From NCBI GenBank assembly GCA_965216635.1, contig OZ244188.1:608001-672000 (forward strand): DNA of 64,000 nucleotides, in the 5' to 3' direction. The notes beneath the pieces are model-generated. The model did not search any database. It saw only the letters and a list, made by a program, of their open reading frames with translations, and was not told where the DNA came from. Position numbers and translations under genes: made by a program. The first letter of the stretch is position 1, and every line of letters starts with the position of its first letter. This DNA is from a bacterium (lineage in GTDB: Bacteria; SAR324; XYD2-FULL-50-16; G965216635). Below, piece by piece: positions 10,107-19,203 of this stretch.

Positions 10107-10168
10107 AATAGATAAAAATCAGCAAAATTTATTGCATCAAATTCTGTGCAAAAAATTTATTTTTTGTA

Positions 10169-10242
10169 TGGGCCTGGGTGGGCTCGAACCACCGACCCCA
10201 TCCTTATCAGAGATGTACTCTAACCAACTGAGCTACAGGCCC
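10169..10242 (-). tRNA. tRNA-Ile(GAT)
   Basis: GGGCCTGTAGCTCAGTTGGTTAGAGTACATCTCTGATAAGGATGGGGTCGGTGGTTCGAGCCCACCCAGGCCCA. Confidence 0.96.
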
Positions 10243-10255
10243 CCTACATTAGGGT

Positions 10256-10285
10256 AATATGACTAAAATGAGTTATTTTTGTCAA
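10256..10285 (-). promoter_or_regulatory. Putative sigma70 promoter for the tRNA-Ile/Ala/Val-infC unit
   Basis: Minus strand TTGACA-N18-CATATT, 13 nt upstream of tRNA-Ile. Confidence 0.5.
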
Positions 10286-10309
10286 TATAAATAAAAAATA
10301 AAAGGTTAT

Positions 10310-10445
10310 GAGATCTTTGAATTTCGCTGATGCTTACCCCACTATTGGGGCAAAGCAATCGTTAATTTTTTTTTTCGCTCCTGCTCTAACCATTTGGCTA
10401 GCCGTCACAGCTAGTTTTGTCCTATTTGGCAAATTCAAAGGTTTC
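10310..10445. mobile_element. MITE-like element, mosaic copy
   Basis: GAGATCTTTGAATTT...GGCAAATTCAAAGGTTTC; flanks GTTAT/GTTTT (4 of 5 match). Confidence 0.7.
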
Positions 10446-10499
10446 GTTTTTCTAGACTAATGACTAGTCGTAAATTTTCCAGTAAAAAACCTAAAAAAA

Positions 10500-12605
10500 C
10501 TATTCTTCTTCGGCTAAAAAAGCTTTTCTATCTTCTATAATTTTTTCCTGTAGACTTGCTGGGACAGTAGCGTATTTTTCAAATTCCATAGAATAACCCG
10601 CTTTTCCAGCGGTAGCAGAACGCAAGCTAGTAGCATAACCAAACATTCGGGAAAGAGGAGCACTAACTTCAATAATAGTTAAATCATCTCTGGTTTCTGA
10701 ACTTTTGATTACACCTCTGCGAGAGCTTAAATCTCCAATCACAGCTCCTTGATATTCTGTAGGAGTTTCCACTTCTATATTCATAATAGGTTCCAAAAGT
10801 ACAGCGTCTGCTTTAGCGATAGCCTGTTTCATAGCAGAACGAGAGCAAATACGGAAAGCCATATCACTAGAATCTACATCGTGGTATTTACCATCTACTA
10901 AATTTACTTTAATACCTGCCATAGGAAAAGCAGCTAAAGGTCCTTTTTCCATAATATCATAAAAACCTTTTTCGCATGCACCTATGTATTCAGAAGGAAT
11001 ATTGCCACCTTTCACTAGATTTTTAAACTCAAAATCTTTATTATCATCGTCGCTATACTCTAGTGGTTCTATATTACCAACTACTACTGCAAATTGGCCC
11101 GCTCCTCCTGTTTGTTTTTTATGCATATAATTAAAATCTGCTTTTTTATTGATAGTTTCTCTATAATTCACTTGGGGAGCTCCAGCCTCCACTGGAACAT
11201 CAAATTCTCTTTGCATTCTTTCAATATAAATTTCTAGATGTAACTCGCCCATACCTGAAATAATAGTTTCCTTAGATTCTGTATCTGAAGAAACTCTAAA
11301 AGTAGGGTCTTCTTTTATAAATTTAGATAAAGCCTTACTCATCTTATCTATAGCTCCTTTATCCTTACATTTAATTGCTAGAGAAATTACAGCATTAGGC
11401 ACAAAAATATTTTCTAAGAAAAGTGAAGTCATAGTTTCTGCACAAAAAGTATCTCCTGACGCACAGTCAATGCCTACCATTGCTATAATATCGCCAGCAG
11501 AAGCTTGTTCTATATTTTCTTTATGATCTGCGTGCAACCTTACTAACCTACCCACTCGTATTTTTTTTCCTGTGCGGGAATTTTTGATACTTTCTCCTTT
11601 CTTTAGAGTTCCCTGATAAATTCTAGTATAGGTTAGTTGTCCGAATTGTTCTTCTGTAATTTTAAAAGCCATACATACTAGAGGATCTTGAGGAGAGGTA
11701 GAGAGTTGGAGACTTTCTACTTTCTCGCCGACTAATTTTGTCGCCTCCATTTTTTGAGCTTGTAATGGAGAAGGAAGGTATTGGCACACCGCATCTAGTA
11801 AAGATTGGACTCCTTTATTTTTAAAAGCAGAACCCATGAATACTGGAACCAATTCTAGAGCATTTACGCCTTTCCAAACAGCCTTACGAATAGATTCAGC
11901 ACTAATTTCTTTTTCTTCTAATAAATCTTCCATCATAGCATCGTCAAACCGAGAAATAGTATCTAGCATTTCGGCTCTTTTTTCTTCCGCTTTTGCTTGC
12001 AATTTTTGTGGAATATCTTTTATTTCCCAGTCATCTCCTTTATCTCCTTTAAAGTAGTGAGCTTTCATTTCTACTAAATCTACAACTCCTTCTAATCTAT
12101 CTTCTAAACCGATAGGAATTTGGAATGGCACAACGTTGAGTCTCAATTTCTTTTTAATGTCCGCAATTACTTTGTCAGGGTTAGCCCCTACACGATCTAG
12201 TTTATTAATAAAAGCCAACCTAGGCACTTTGTATCGTTTCATTTGCCTATCTACCGTAATAGATTGAGATTGCACCCCAGCTACGCCACACAAAACCATA
12301 ATGCCTCCATCCAAAACTCTTAAACTCCTTTCCACTTCTACTGTAAAATCTACATGACCCGGAGTATCAATAATGTTGATTTTTTTATCCTTCCAATAAA
12401 CCGTAGTGGCTGCAGAAGTAATCGTAATTCCTTTCTCTTTTTCAAGTTCCATGAAATCCATAGTGGCTCCATCTCCACCACCGCGGACTTCTTCTATTTT
12501 ATGTATTTTCCCTGCATAATAAAGAATCCTTTCTGTCAGGGTTGTTTTACCGCTATCTATGTGGGCGGATATTCCAATATTTCTAGTAATTTTCTGTTCT
12601 ATCAT
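10500..12605 (-). CDS. fusA: Elongation factor G (spd/mitochondrial EF-G1-like subtype)
   Basis: [65 protein letters not shown]. Confidence 0.96.
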   Translation of the reverse strand: MIEQKITRNIGISAHIDSGKTTLTERILYYAGKIHKIEEVRGGGDGATMDFMELEKEKGITITSAATTVYWKDKKINIIDTPGHVDFTVEVERSLRVLDGGIMVLCGVAGVQSQSITVDRQMKRYKVPRLAFINKLDRVGANPDKVIADIKKKLRLNVVPFQIPIGLEDRLEGVVDLVEMKAHYFKGDKGDDWEIKDIPQKLQAKAEEKRAEMLDTISRFDDAMMEDLLEEKEISAESIRKAVWKGVNALELVPVFMGSAFKNKGVQSLLDAVCQYLPSPLQAQKMEATKLVGEKVESLQLSTSPQDPLVCMAFKITEEQFGQLTYTRIYQGTLKKGESIKNSRTGKKIRVGRLVRLHADHKENIEQASAGDIIAMVGIDCASGDTFCAETMTSLFLENIFVPNAVISLAIKCKDKGAIDKMSKALSKFIKEDPTFRVSSDTESKETIISGMGELHLEIYIERMQREFDVPVEAGAPQVNYRETINKKADFNYMHKKQTGGAGQFAVVVGNIEPLEYSDDDNKDFEFKNLVKGGNIPSEYIGACEKGFYDIMEKGPLAAFPMAGIKVNLVDGKYHDVDSSDMAFRICSRSAMKQAIAKADAVLLEPIMNIEVETPTEYQGAVIGDLSSRRGVIKSSETRDDLTIIEVSAPLSRMFGYATSLRSATAGKAGYSMEFEKYATVPASLQEKIIEDRKAFLAEEE

Positions 12606-12800
12606 TAGTTTTTAAAGTTTTTAATAAAAGCCAACAAAAATTGTTAAGTCAAAATTGGCAAGTCAAAAATTGGTAAGTCAAGAATTGGCAAGTCAAAAAG
12701 AGAGTTCAGAGCAAATCCCAAATTGAACAAGCTTGCAGCCCTGCTATTGATTGGTATAGTGAGACCTTTACCAAAATTTAGCCGAAACAAGCTTATTGAA

Positions 12801-12833
12801 TAGACTTTTGAATTTGGCAAATTCAAAGGTCTA
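12801..12833. mobile_element. Minimal element made of the two TIRs only (33 bp)
   Basis: TAGACTTTTGAATTTG-GCAAATTCAAAGGTCTA; flanks TTGAA/TTGCA. Confidence 0.75.
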
Positions 12834-12859
12834 TTGCAGTTAAATAGTGAGAAAATGAG

Positions 12860-13063
12860 CTATTGAAAGATGTCGCCTTGTTTTCTTTTTCTACTTCTGG
12901 CTCTTTTTTTATCTGATTCCTCTCTTTTTATTTTGGATTTTATGGACGGTTTAGAATAAAACCTGCGTTTACTGAGTTCTTTGAATACTCCTTCACGGAT
13001 GAGTTTTTTCTTTAGCATTCTTAGTGCCCTTTCAACCTGATTTTTTTGTACCTTAACTAACAT
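12860..13063 (-). CDS. rpsU: 30S ribosomal protein S21
   Basis: VERALRMLKKKLIREG..KEL.KRRFYSKPS. Confidence 0.93.
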   Translation of the reverse strand: MLVKVQKNQVERALRMLKKKLIREGVFKELSKRRFYSKPSIKSKIKREESDKKRARSRKRKQGDIFQ

Positions 13064-13133
13064 TGAGTTTAAATTTGCTTAAAATAGAGATTATTCTATA
13101 AAGAAAAAAATTTGTCAACAACAAATTTTTGAT

Positions 13134-13275
13134 GAGATTTTTGAATTGGTATTTTAAAACTACTGTAGTGAAATTCCAAATAATTTCGGCTTCGGTGAAA
13201 ATGAAAAATTGGCTGTGTAATTAAAATTTATGGTCTATTTTATAGATTTTTGAATCAGGCATTTTAGTTCGGCTA
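13134..13275. repeat. Degenerate copies of the MITE family
   Basis: GAGATTTTTGAATT...AATTTATGGTCTA, then TTTTA, then TAGATTTTTGAATCAGGCATTTTAGTTCGGCTA, which overlaps the stop codon of the next gene. Confidence 0.5.
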
Positions 13276-14133
13276 CTGACTGGTAACGAAGGCATCGGAT
13301 AGTCCTTTTTCCTGCTTAATTTTTGTTAGAGCGTCTAGCAATATCTCTTTTGTGCCAAAGGGACCCGCCACTACTTTAGACAAACCGCTACCTGAAATAG
13401 AGGTAGTCTTACGAAATACAAATCTTATTTGGTCTGCTGCGGTAAGGCTTTCATAATATCTTCTAATATCTTCCGCTATTTGCCTATTAGGAAAAGTTCC
13501 TAAAGAAATTCTAAATTTTCCGTTTTCTGTTGGAACCACACTCGCATAGCCACTACGGTCATTGACTGTATTGATAAAATCTGTTAAATCTTGAGTTTTT
13601 TGTAAGGAAAAAGATTGTCTGCTTATAATTTCATTATAACCCCCTCCAAGTGTGACTTGTGTTTGAAAAACTTGAGGTTCATAACCTAGTTTTTTCAGGT
13701 TTGCACTATATTTTTGGTAACATTTTTTGTATTTACACAGGGCTACTTGTATATAATAATTTTCTCCTTTAGGTAAGGCGTAGTCTAAAACTTTTCCTTG
13801 AGTTGCATTTTTGGAGAAAAAAGGAAAAATCTCATTCCAATTGATTTTTTTTGAAATTTTTGCAGAAGGTAAATCGGAAAGTTGTGGATTTTCTCCTAAT
13901 AGATAGCGAAACCCATAGACAAAAACTACGGCTAAGATGGCAGCCAAAAGTAGCAATCCAAAAAGAATACTAAAAATTTGACTAGATATTCTTCTATCCA
14001 AACTACGATTGATTTTCGTTCTCCGAGATGAAGTTGATAATTCAGATAGAGCTTCCTTCAATTCTCTACGGTTCACTCCAATAACTTCATCATTTCCGCT
14101 AAGAGCATCAAGTAGGTCATTTTTACGAGACAT
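13273..14133 (-). CDS. Membrane-anchored SPOR-domain protein
   Basis: One TM segment, then YYIQVA, FRISLGTF, KVVAGPF and a terminal DAFV, as in SPOR repeats. Confidence 0.6.
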   Translation of the reverse strand: MSRKNDLLDALSGNDEVIGVNRRELKEALSELSTSSRRTKINRSLDRRISSQIFSILFGLLLLAAILAVVFVYGFRYLLGENPQLSDLPSAKISKKINWNEIFPFFSKNATQGKVLDYALPKGENYYIQVALCKYKKCYQKYSANLKKLGYEPQVFQTQVTLGGGYNEIISRQSFSLQKTQDLTDFINTVNDRSGYASVVPTENGKFRISLGTFPNRQIAEDIRRYYESLTAADQIRFVFRKTTSISGSGLSKVVAGPFGTKEILLDALTKIKQEKGLSDAFVTSQ

Positions 14134-14153
14134 AATTTTTTAAAGGTCTGTTT

Positions 14154-15008
14154 TTAAGTAAAAATATTCTTATATAATAAATAAATTCCAAAAAGAGTCA
14201 ACTCTTTTTCTACCTTATTGATTTTTGTAGAGTAATTATGCAAAAGTTCTGTATCTCCTCCAGTTGCTATTACTAAAGAATTTAATCCTTGCTCGCCAAT
14301 AGACTCGCCAATAGGCTCGTTACCAGTAGGTTTACCAGTAGGTTTGCCTGTATATTTATTGGCAAGTTCATCAGCAATTTTGTCTATACAAGAGTCAATC
14401 ATACCAATATAACCAAAAAACATACCAGATTGCATACTTTCTGTAGTATTTTTTCCAATTATTTTATCAGGCACTGCAAAATTAATCTTTGGTAGCTTCG
14501 CTGTTTTAGAATTTAAAGCATCATAAGCAAGGTGAATACTCGGCATAATCACTCCTCCTAGGTACTCGCCAGCCGATCCCACTACATCAAAAGTGACAGC
14601 AGTTCCGAAGTCAATCACAATCAAAGATTTTTTGTAGATTTGAAAACCTGCATAAGCATTGACCATACGGTCTACACCCAATTCGTAGCGATTATAAAGA
14701 TTATCTGTAACAGGAATATCGTCTAAACTCAGGTAATGATAGGGTATTTTGCTAATGTTTGTGAACATATAAGAAAAAACCTGCTCTAAAGGAGGCACTA
14801 CACTCGCTAGAAGGCAAAATTTGATTTTTTTTTTATTCAAACCAGCGCGAGCAAAAAAATTTTCCAACAAGCTGGAGTATTCATCTGCAGTTTTATGAAT
14901 ATCCGTTGCTATTCTCCAATTTTGTAGTAGTTTGTCTTTTTTATACCTATTTGTTTCATATAAGCCAATAGCAATGTTGGTGTTGCCTATGTCTATTGCT
15001 AGTAGCAT
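14154..15008 (-). CDS. coaX: Type III pantothenate kinase
   Basis: AIDIGNTNI, LGVDR, VIDFGTAVTFD, YLGGVI, IATGGD. Confidence 0.95.
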   Translation of the reverse strand: MLLAIDIGNTNIAIGLYETNRYKKDKLLQNWRIATDIHKTADEYSSLLENFFARAGLNKKKIKFCLLASVVPPLEQVFSYMFTNISKIPYHYLSLDDIPVTDNLYNRYELGVDRMVNAYAGFQIYKKSLIVIDFGTAVTFDVVGSAGEYLGGVIMPSIHLAYDALNSKTAKLPKINFAVPDKIIGKNTTESMQSGMFFGYIGMIDSCIDKIADELANKYTGKPTGKPTGNEPIGESIGEQGLNSLVIATGGDTELLHNYSTKINKVEKELTLFGIYLLYKNIFT

Positions 15009-15009
15009 A

Positions 15010-16089
15010 TTATTGTTGAATCAGGGTTTTAGTTTGGTAAAATTCAACCATCTCCATTATAGATGGAAATTTACGAAAAGCATTGTATTTTTTGTTTATT
15101 TCTAAAAGTTCGCTAAAAGTTCTTTGGAAATGATTTTGAAATCCTTTATTTCCACCTATAGTTCCCAGTTTTGTATAGGTAGCTAGGGAACGTAAGCGAC
15201 GCACAAAAACAAACAGAAAAAAATCTTCTAGAATAATTTTTTTTGTAGCAATATTCTGTAACGCCCATTCTATCAGAGAAAATCTAGCCTCGCTATTCAA
15301 TCCCGAGTGGCTTGCAAAAAGCAGACTTGCTAAATCATAAAATATACTACCACAAACGGCGTCTTGGTAGTCAATAAAGTAAGGTTCTTGTTTATAAAAA
15401 ATAATATTTCTCGCTTGAAAATCCCTAGAGACAAAGCCCAATAAATTCAATTTACAGATTTTTTTCAAACTTAGCTCTAGCCGAGCAAGTTCGCTTTGGC
15501 ATTTTTTAGAAAATCTATTTTCTGAATCAAAATGCTTCAAAAAATAGTCTTGGAAATAAGCCAAATCTTTACGGAAACAGTCTGTGAGTAAAAGCTTGAT
15601 ATTTGCTTGTTTTAGGGCTGTTGCTCCCTTATCGTGAAATTCTACAAGAGCCTCTATAATTTTTTGATAGGCTCCAAATATTGATCTTGGCAAGCCAAGA
15701 AATAATTGACAAGCAGAGTTTTGCCTATATTGGTTTTGGATTCGTGTTTGCCGCTCCAAAATCTGTTGTGCAAAATTTTTTTCGCCTAGGTCCTGTTGTA
15801 AAAAAAAAGTGCCACAAGAATCCCAATGGTAAATTTGTGGAACATTCAATTTCTGTGCTTTGAGAAAAGAAGAAAGTTTGATAAACCTTTGATTTTCTTC
15901 TTTATCTTCGGAATCTACCAAAATAAAAGTTTTGTCTTCACAAATCACCCTAAAAATTTTTCTCTGGGAGCCATCTCCCTTAACAACTTTTATGTGGTAA
16001 TTTTTTAATGCTGGTAGAAAAGATTGAGAATCTAAAAAATTTTGTAAAAATTTATGGTATTTTTGCATAATGCCAATAAAGCTACCCAA
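15010..16089 (-). CDS. APH-family phosphotransferase, AmgK-like (MurNAc/GlcNAc kinase)
   Basis: GDGSQRKIFRV, QDLG, RDFQARNI, IDYQDA..G...YDLASLL. Confidence 0.75.
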   Translation of the reverse strand: MGSFIGIMQKYHKFLQNFLDSQSFLPALKNYHIKVVKGDGSQRKIFRVICEDKTFILVDSEDKEENQRFIKLSSFLKAQKLNVPQIYHWDSCGTFFLQQDLGEKNFAQQILERQTRIQNQYRQNSACQLFLGLPRSIFGAYQKIIEALVEFHDKGATALKQANIKLLLTDCFRKDLAYFQDYFLKHFDSENRFSKKCQSELARLELSLKKICKLNLLGFVSRDFQARNIIFYKQEPYFIDYQDAVCGSIFYDLASLLFASHSGLNSEARFSLIEWALQNIATKKIILEDFFLFVFVRRLRSLATYTKLGTIGGNKGFQNHFQRTFSELLEINKKYNAFRKFPSIMEMVEFYQTKTLIQQ

Positions 16090-16268
16090 TAGCTACTGGG
16101 GGACATTTTTTTAAAGCTAAATGGTTGCCAAATGGTGTGGATAGAACAAAAACATCCTCTGCAGATTTTTAAAAAAACATCTTTTGCAATTCTGCGAGTT
16201 TTACGTTCTTAAAAGAAACGTCATTAAAAGAAGCTTCCTTAACGAAAGCTCCTTTAACGAAAACGCTC

Positions 16269-17573
16269 CTAAAAGAAGCGCCAGATGAAATTTATTCTAA
16301 AGGCAGCTGGGTTTTTTATTTCCACTGATTTTGTGGTTGTGGTTTTGTAATCGCTTCTGGTTTGGGTTCGCTTTACGGTGACTCTTCTGTATCCTTGGCT
16401 ATGCCCAGAAGAAGCATTATAAGCGTGAATATTGGCAGCAAACCCAGTAGTGTCATACCCTGTAGTAGTAAAAAATCCCAATACTCTGGTATCTGTTTGG
16501 ACTGGTTTAAATACTTCTACTATATCTTCTTGCACGGAAATATCGGCTGAGATAAGCATATAGCTCGCTTCTACAAAAAGATTTTTCCAGATAGGGTACT
16601 GGTAGCTCAAGCTATAAACATTCGCTCTTTGTGAATAGGGTCCAGCACTAGAATCTAGCTTAACATTCGCCACTCCTATTCCCGCCGAAAAACCCTTAGC
16701 TATAAAATACTCTATCAAAAGCACTTGGGAATCTAGCTTGTCTGATCCAGCTGCCCAAGAGAAGTTTGAAAGAGAATATCTATAGTCACCGTCTCTGTAG
16801 CCCACTTGAAGTCCATTGCCCGCTAGAGCTTTTCCTGTGCTGGTTTCTGAAGAGCCAGCAGTATAAGATAGATCTTCTGAAAATTTTTTTCGCAATCCAG
16901 CAAAGGCTTTTTCGCAGTCGTCGTCTGCAATAGGACTTGAGGAGATAGCACTGTTAGAAATACTCCGTAAAGTTATACCTTCAGCTAACTCTCGTTGTAT
17001 TCCGTTTAGTCTAAAACGAGCAGATTTAAAACCATCATTAACATCATAAATAGCGTCTGTTGAGTCGCTTCTATCTTCCGCCAAATAGAATATTTCCGTG
17101 AATTGCTTAATACGATCGGTTGCAGTGCCCGCGCAAAGCTCTATTGCTACATTTTGCGATGCTTCAAGGAGAAGATAACTGGGGTCATTGCCATCGGCAG
17201 TCAAATCACCCACCGTAACTTCTCCTCCTCCTGTGCTTACTACAGTTGTTTTGGTTTCTATCTTGTTCGCCCCAAAAATCAGAGGATTAACTCCTACAAA
17301 CCAACCCTTTTGGGATGCTATCTCTGGAGCTTCCTGTGCTCGCAGACTGCCTACAAATAGCAAACTCAACAAAATCGCACCTAACAATAGAACCCTATTC
17401 CATTGGAAACCCCACCCGAAGCCCCCTTGGAATCCTCCATTGGAAGCCCCATTAGAAGCATTTGACACTATTTTTAGCGTCTTTTTTAATTCTCTTATCT
17501 TAATATATTTATTGTTTAGATTTAGAATTAGGATTAAAAAACAAATTTTATCAAAATAACAAAAATAAATCAA
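16269..17573 (-). CDS. Outer-membrane beta-barrel protein with large loop insertions (true start probably downstream of 17573)
   Basis: Signal-like LLLGAILLSLLFVGSLRA|Q, amphipathic strands (KGWFVGVNP, GLQVGY, YSLSYQY, FVEASY), C-terminal FRINFIWRFF. Confidence 0.6.
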   Translation of the reverse strand: MIYFCYFDKICFLILILNLNNKYIKIRELKKTLKIVSNASNGASNGGFQGGFGWGFQWNRVLLLGAILLSLLFVGSLRAQEAPEIASQKGWFVGVNPLIFGANKIETKTTVVSTGGGEVTVGDLTADGNDPSYLLLEASQNVAIELCAGTATDRIKQFTEIFYLAEDRSDSTDAIYDVNDGFKSARFRLNGIQRELAEGITLRSISNSAISSSPIADDDCEKAFAGLRKKFSEDLSYTAGSSETSTGKALAGNGLQVGYRDGDYRYSLSNFSWAAGSDKLDSQVLLIEYFIAKGFSAGIGVANVKLDSSAGPYSQRANVYSLSYQYPIWKNLFVEASYMLISADISVQEDIVEVFKPVQTDTRVLGFFTTTGYDTTGFAANIHAYNASSGHSQGYRRVTVKRTQTRSDYKTTTTKSVEIKNPAAFRINFIWRFF

Positions 17574-17905
17574 GGGTTGTCAGAATAGAAATTCTCTTTT
17601 TCTATTTCTGTTGTGTTTTGATTATTATCATTTATTTCTGTTGTTTTTTGCGGATTTTCTATTTTATGTAATTTGTATAAAAAATCGGTGCGTCTATTGA
17701 TTGCTGCTGTTTCTCTTTTTACTTCTTTTATTAAAATTTGATTCTCTTTTATAAGTTGCTTTAGATCAATGTTAGTTTCAAGTTGAACTTCTTGAAAATC
17801 GTTTTTATTATCTACCCAAGTAAAAGCAAACCACATTAAATTTAAAAAAACTGAAGCTCCAGCGAGTACTCCTACTACAATGCCTATTTTTTTTAATATT
17901 TCCAT
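17570..17905 (-). CDS. Small single-TM coiled-coil protein, tandem copy 3 (111 aa)
   Basis: N-terminal TM helix, then the IDLKQLIKE heptad region; near-identical to the two upstream copies. Confidence 0.75.
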   Translation of the reverse strand: MEILKKIGIVVGVLAGASVFLNLMWFAFTWVDNKNDFQEVQLETNIDLKQLIKENQILIKEVKRETAAINRRTDFLYKLHKIENPQKTTEINDNNQNTTEIEKENFYSDNP

Positions 17906-17969
17906 AGTGCCTTGTTTTTTATTTAGCTTAAAATTAAAAATAAAATTTTATCAAAATAACAAAAATAAA

Positions 17970-18368
17970 TCAAGGGTTGTCAGAATAGAAATTCTCTTTT
18001 TCTATTTCTGTTGTTTTTTGATTATTATCATTTATTTCTGTTGTTTTTTGCGGATTTTCTATTTTATGTAATTTGTATAAAAAATCGGTGCGTCTATTGA
18101 TTGCTGCTGTTTCTCTTTTTACTTCTTTTATAAGTTGTTTTAGATCAATGCTAGTCTTTTGCCCTTCTTTTATAAGTTGTTTAATATCAATGATAGTCTT
18201 TTGCTCTTCTTTTATAAGTTGTTTTAGATCAATGTTAGTCTCAAGTTGAACTTCTTGAAAATCGTTTTTATTATCTACCCAAGTAAAAGCAAACCACATT
18301 AAATTTAAAAAAACTGAAGCTCCAGCGAGTACTCCTACTACAATGCCTATTTTTTTTAATATTTCCAT
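17970..18368 (-). CDS. Small single-TM coiled-coil protein, tandem copy 2 (132 aa)
   Basis: Three ID(L/I)KQLIKE units. Confidence 0.75.
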   Translation of the reverse strand: MEILKKIGIVVGVLAGASVFLNLMWFAFTWVDNKNDFQEVQLETNIDLKQLIKEEQKTIIDIKQLIKEGQKTSIDLKQLIKEVKRETAAINRRTDFLYKLHKIENPQKTTEINDNNQKTTEIEKENFYSDNP

Positions 18369-18432
18369 AATGTCTTGTTTTTTATTTAGCTTAAAATTAA
18401 AAATAAAATTTTATCAAAATAACAAAAATAAA

Positions 18433-18810
18433 TCAAGGGTTGTCAGAATAAAAATTCTCTTTTTCTATTTCTGTTGTTTTTTGATTATTATCATTTATTT
18501 TTGTTGTTTTTTGCGGATTTTCTATTTTATGTAATTTGTATAAAAAATCGGTGCGTCTATTGATTGCTGCTGTTTCTCGTTCTACTTTTTTTATTAAAAT
18601 TTGATTCTCTTTTATAAGTTGTTTTAGATCAATGTTAATCTCTTGCCCTTCTTTTATAAGTTGTTTTAGATCAATGTTAGTCTCAAGTTGAACTTCTTGA
18701 AAATCGTTTTTATTATCTACCCAAGTAAAAACAAACCACATTAAATTTAAAAAAACTGAAGCTCCAGCGAGTACTCCCACTACAATGCCTATTTTTTTTA
18801 ATATTTCCAT
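18433..18810 (-). CDS. Small single-TM coiled-coil protein, tandem copy 1 (125 aa)
   Basis: Two IDLKQLIKE units plus NQILIK. Confidence 0.75.
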   Translation of the reverse strand: MEILKKIGIVVGVLAGASVFLNLMWFVFTWVDNKNDFQEVQLETNIDLKQLIKEGQEINIDLKQLIKENQILIKKVERETAAINRRTDFLYKLHKIENPQKTTKINDNNQKTTEIEKENFYSDNP

Positions 18811-18838
18811 AGTGCCTTGTTTTTTATTTAGACGAAAA

Positions 18839-18978
18839 TAGACCTTTGACTTTGCGTTCTGTTTAGCCTATGCAGCGTTGTAAATTTTTTTTAACTCTTG
18901 AAATACTTGAGTATTCCTGCGAGCTAAAAAAAATTTTCGCCTTGCCTAGCCGTCACATAACGCAAATTCAAAGATCTA
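18839..18978. mobile_element. MITE-like element, basic 140-bp form
   Basis: TAGACCTTTGACTTTGCGTT...AACGCAAATTCAAAGATCTA; absent from the equivalent upstream region of the other two paralogs. Confidence 0.85.
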
Positions 18979-19007
18979 TTAAAATTAAAAACTAAAATCA
19001 ATTAAAT

Positions 19008-19168
19008 ACTATAGCAGAAAAGAGAACAAGTCAATTTTTTTTTTGCTCTCTTTTTGGCTATATTATAGCAGAAAAGAAAACAAGTCAATTTTTTTTGGCT
19101 GTCGTGGTCTTATTTTGGCTGTCTTATTTGGCTATATTATAAGTATAGCAGAAAAGAAAACAAGTCAA
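19008..19168 (-). promoter_or_regulatory. Three tandem copies of a putative extended -10 promoter
   Basis: Minus strand TTGACT-N15-TATA(G/A/C)T with TGC just before the -10, at 19008-19034, 19062-19088 and 19142-19168. Confidence 0.55.
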
Positions 19169-19203
19169 TTTTTTTTTGGCTGTCGCGGTCTTATTTGGCT
19201 GTC

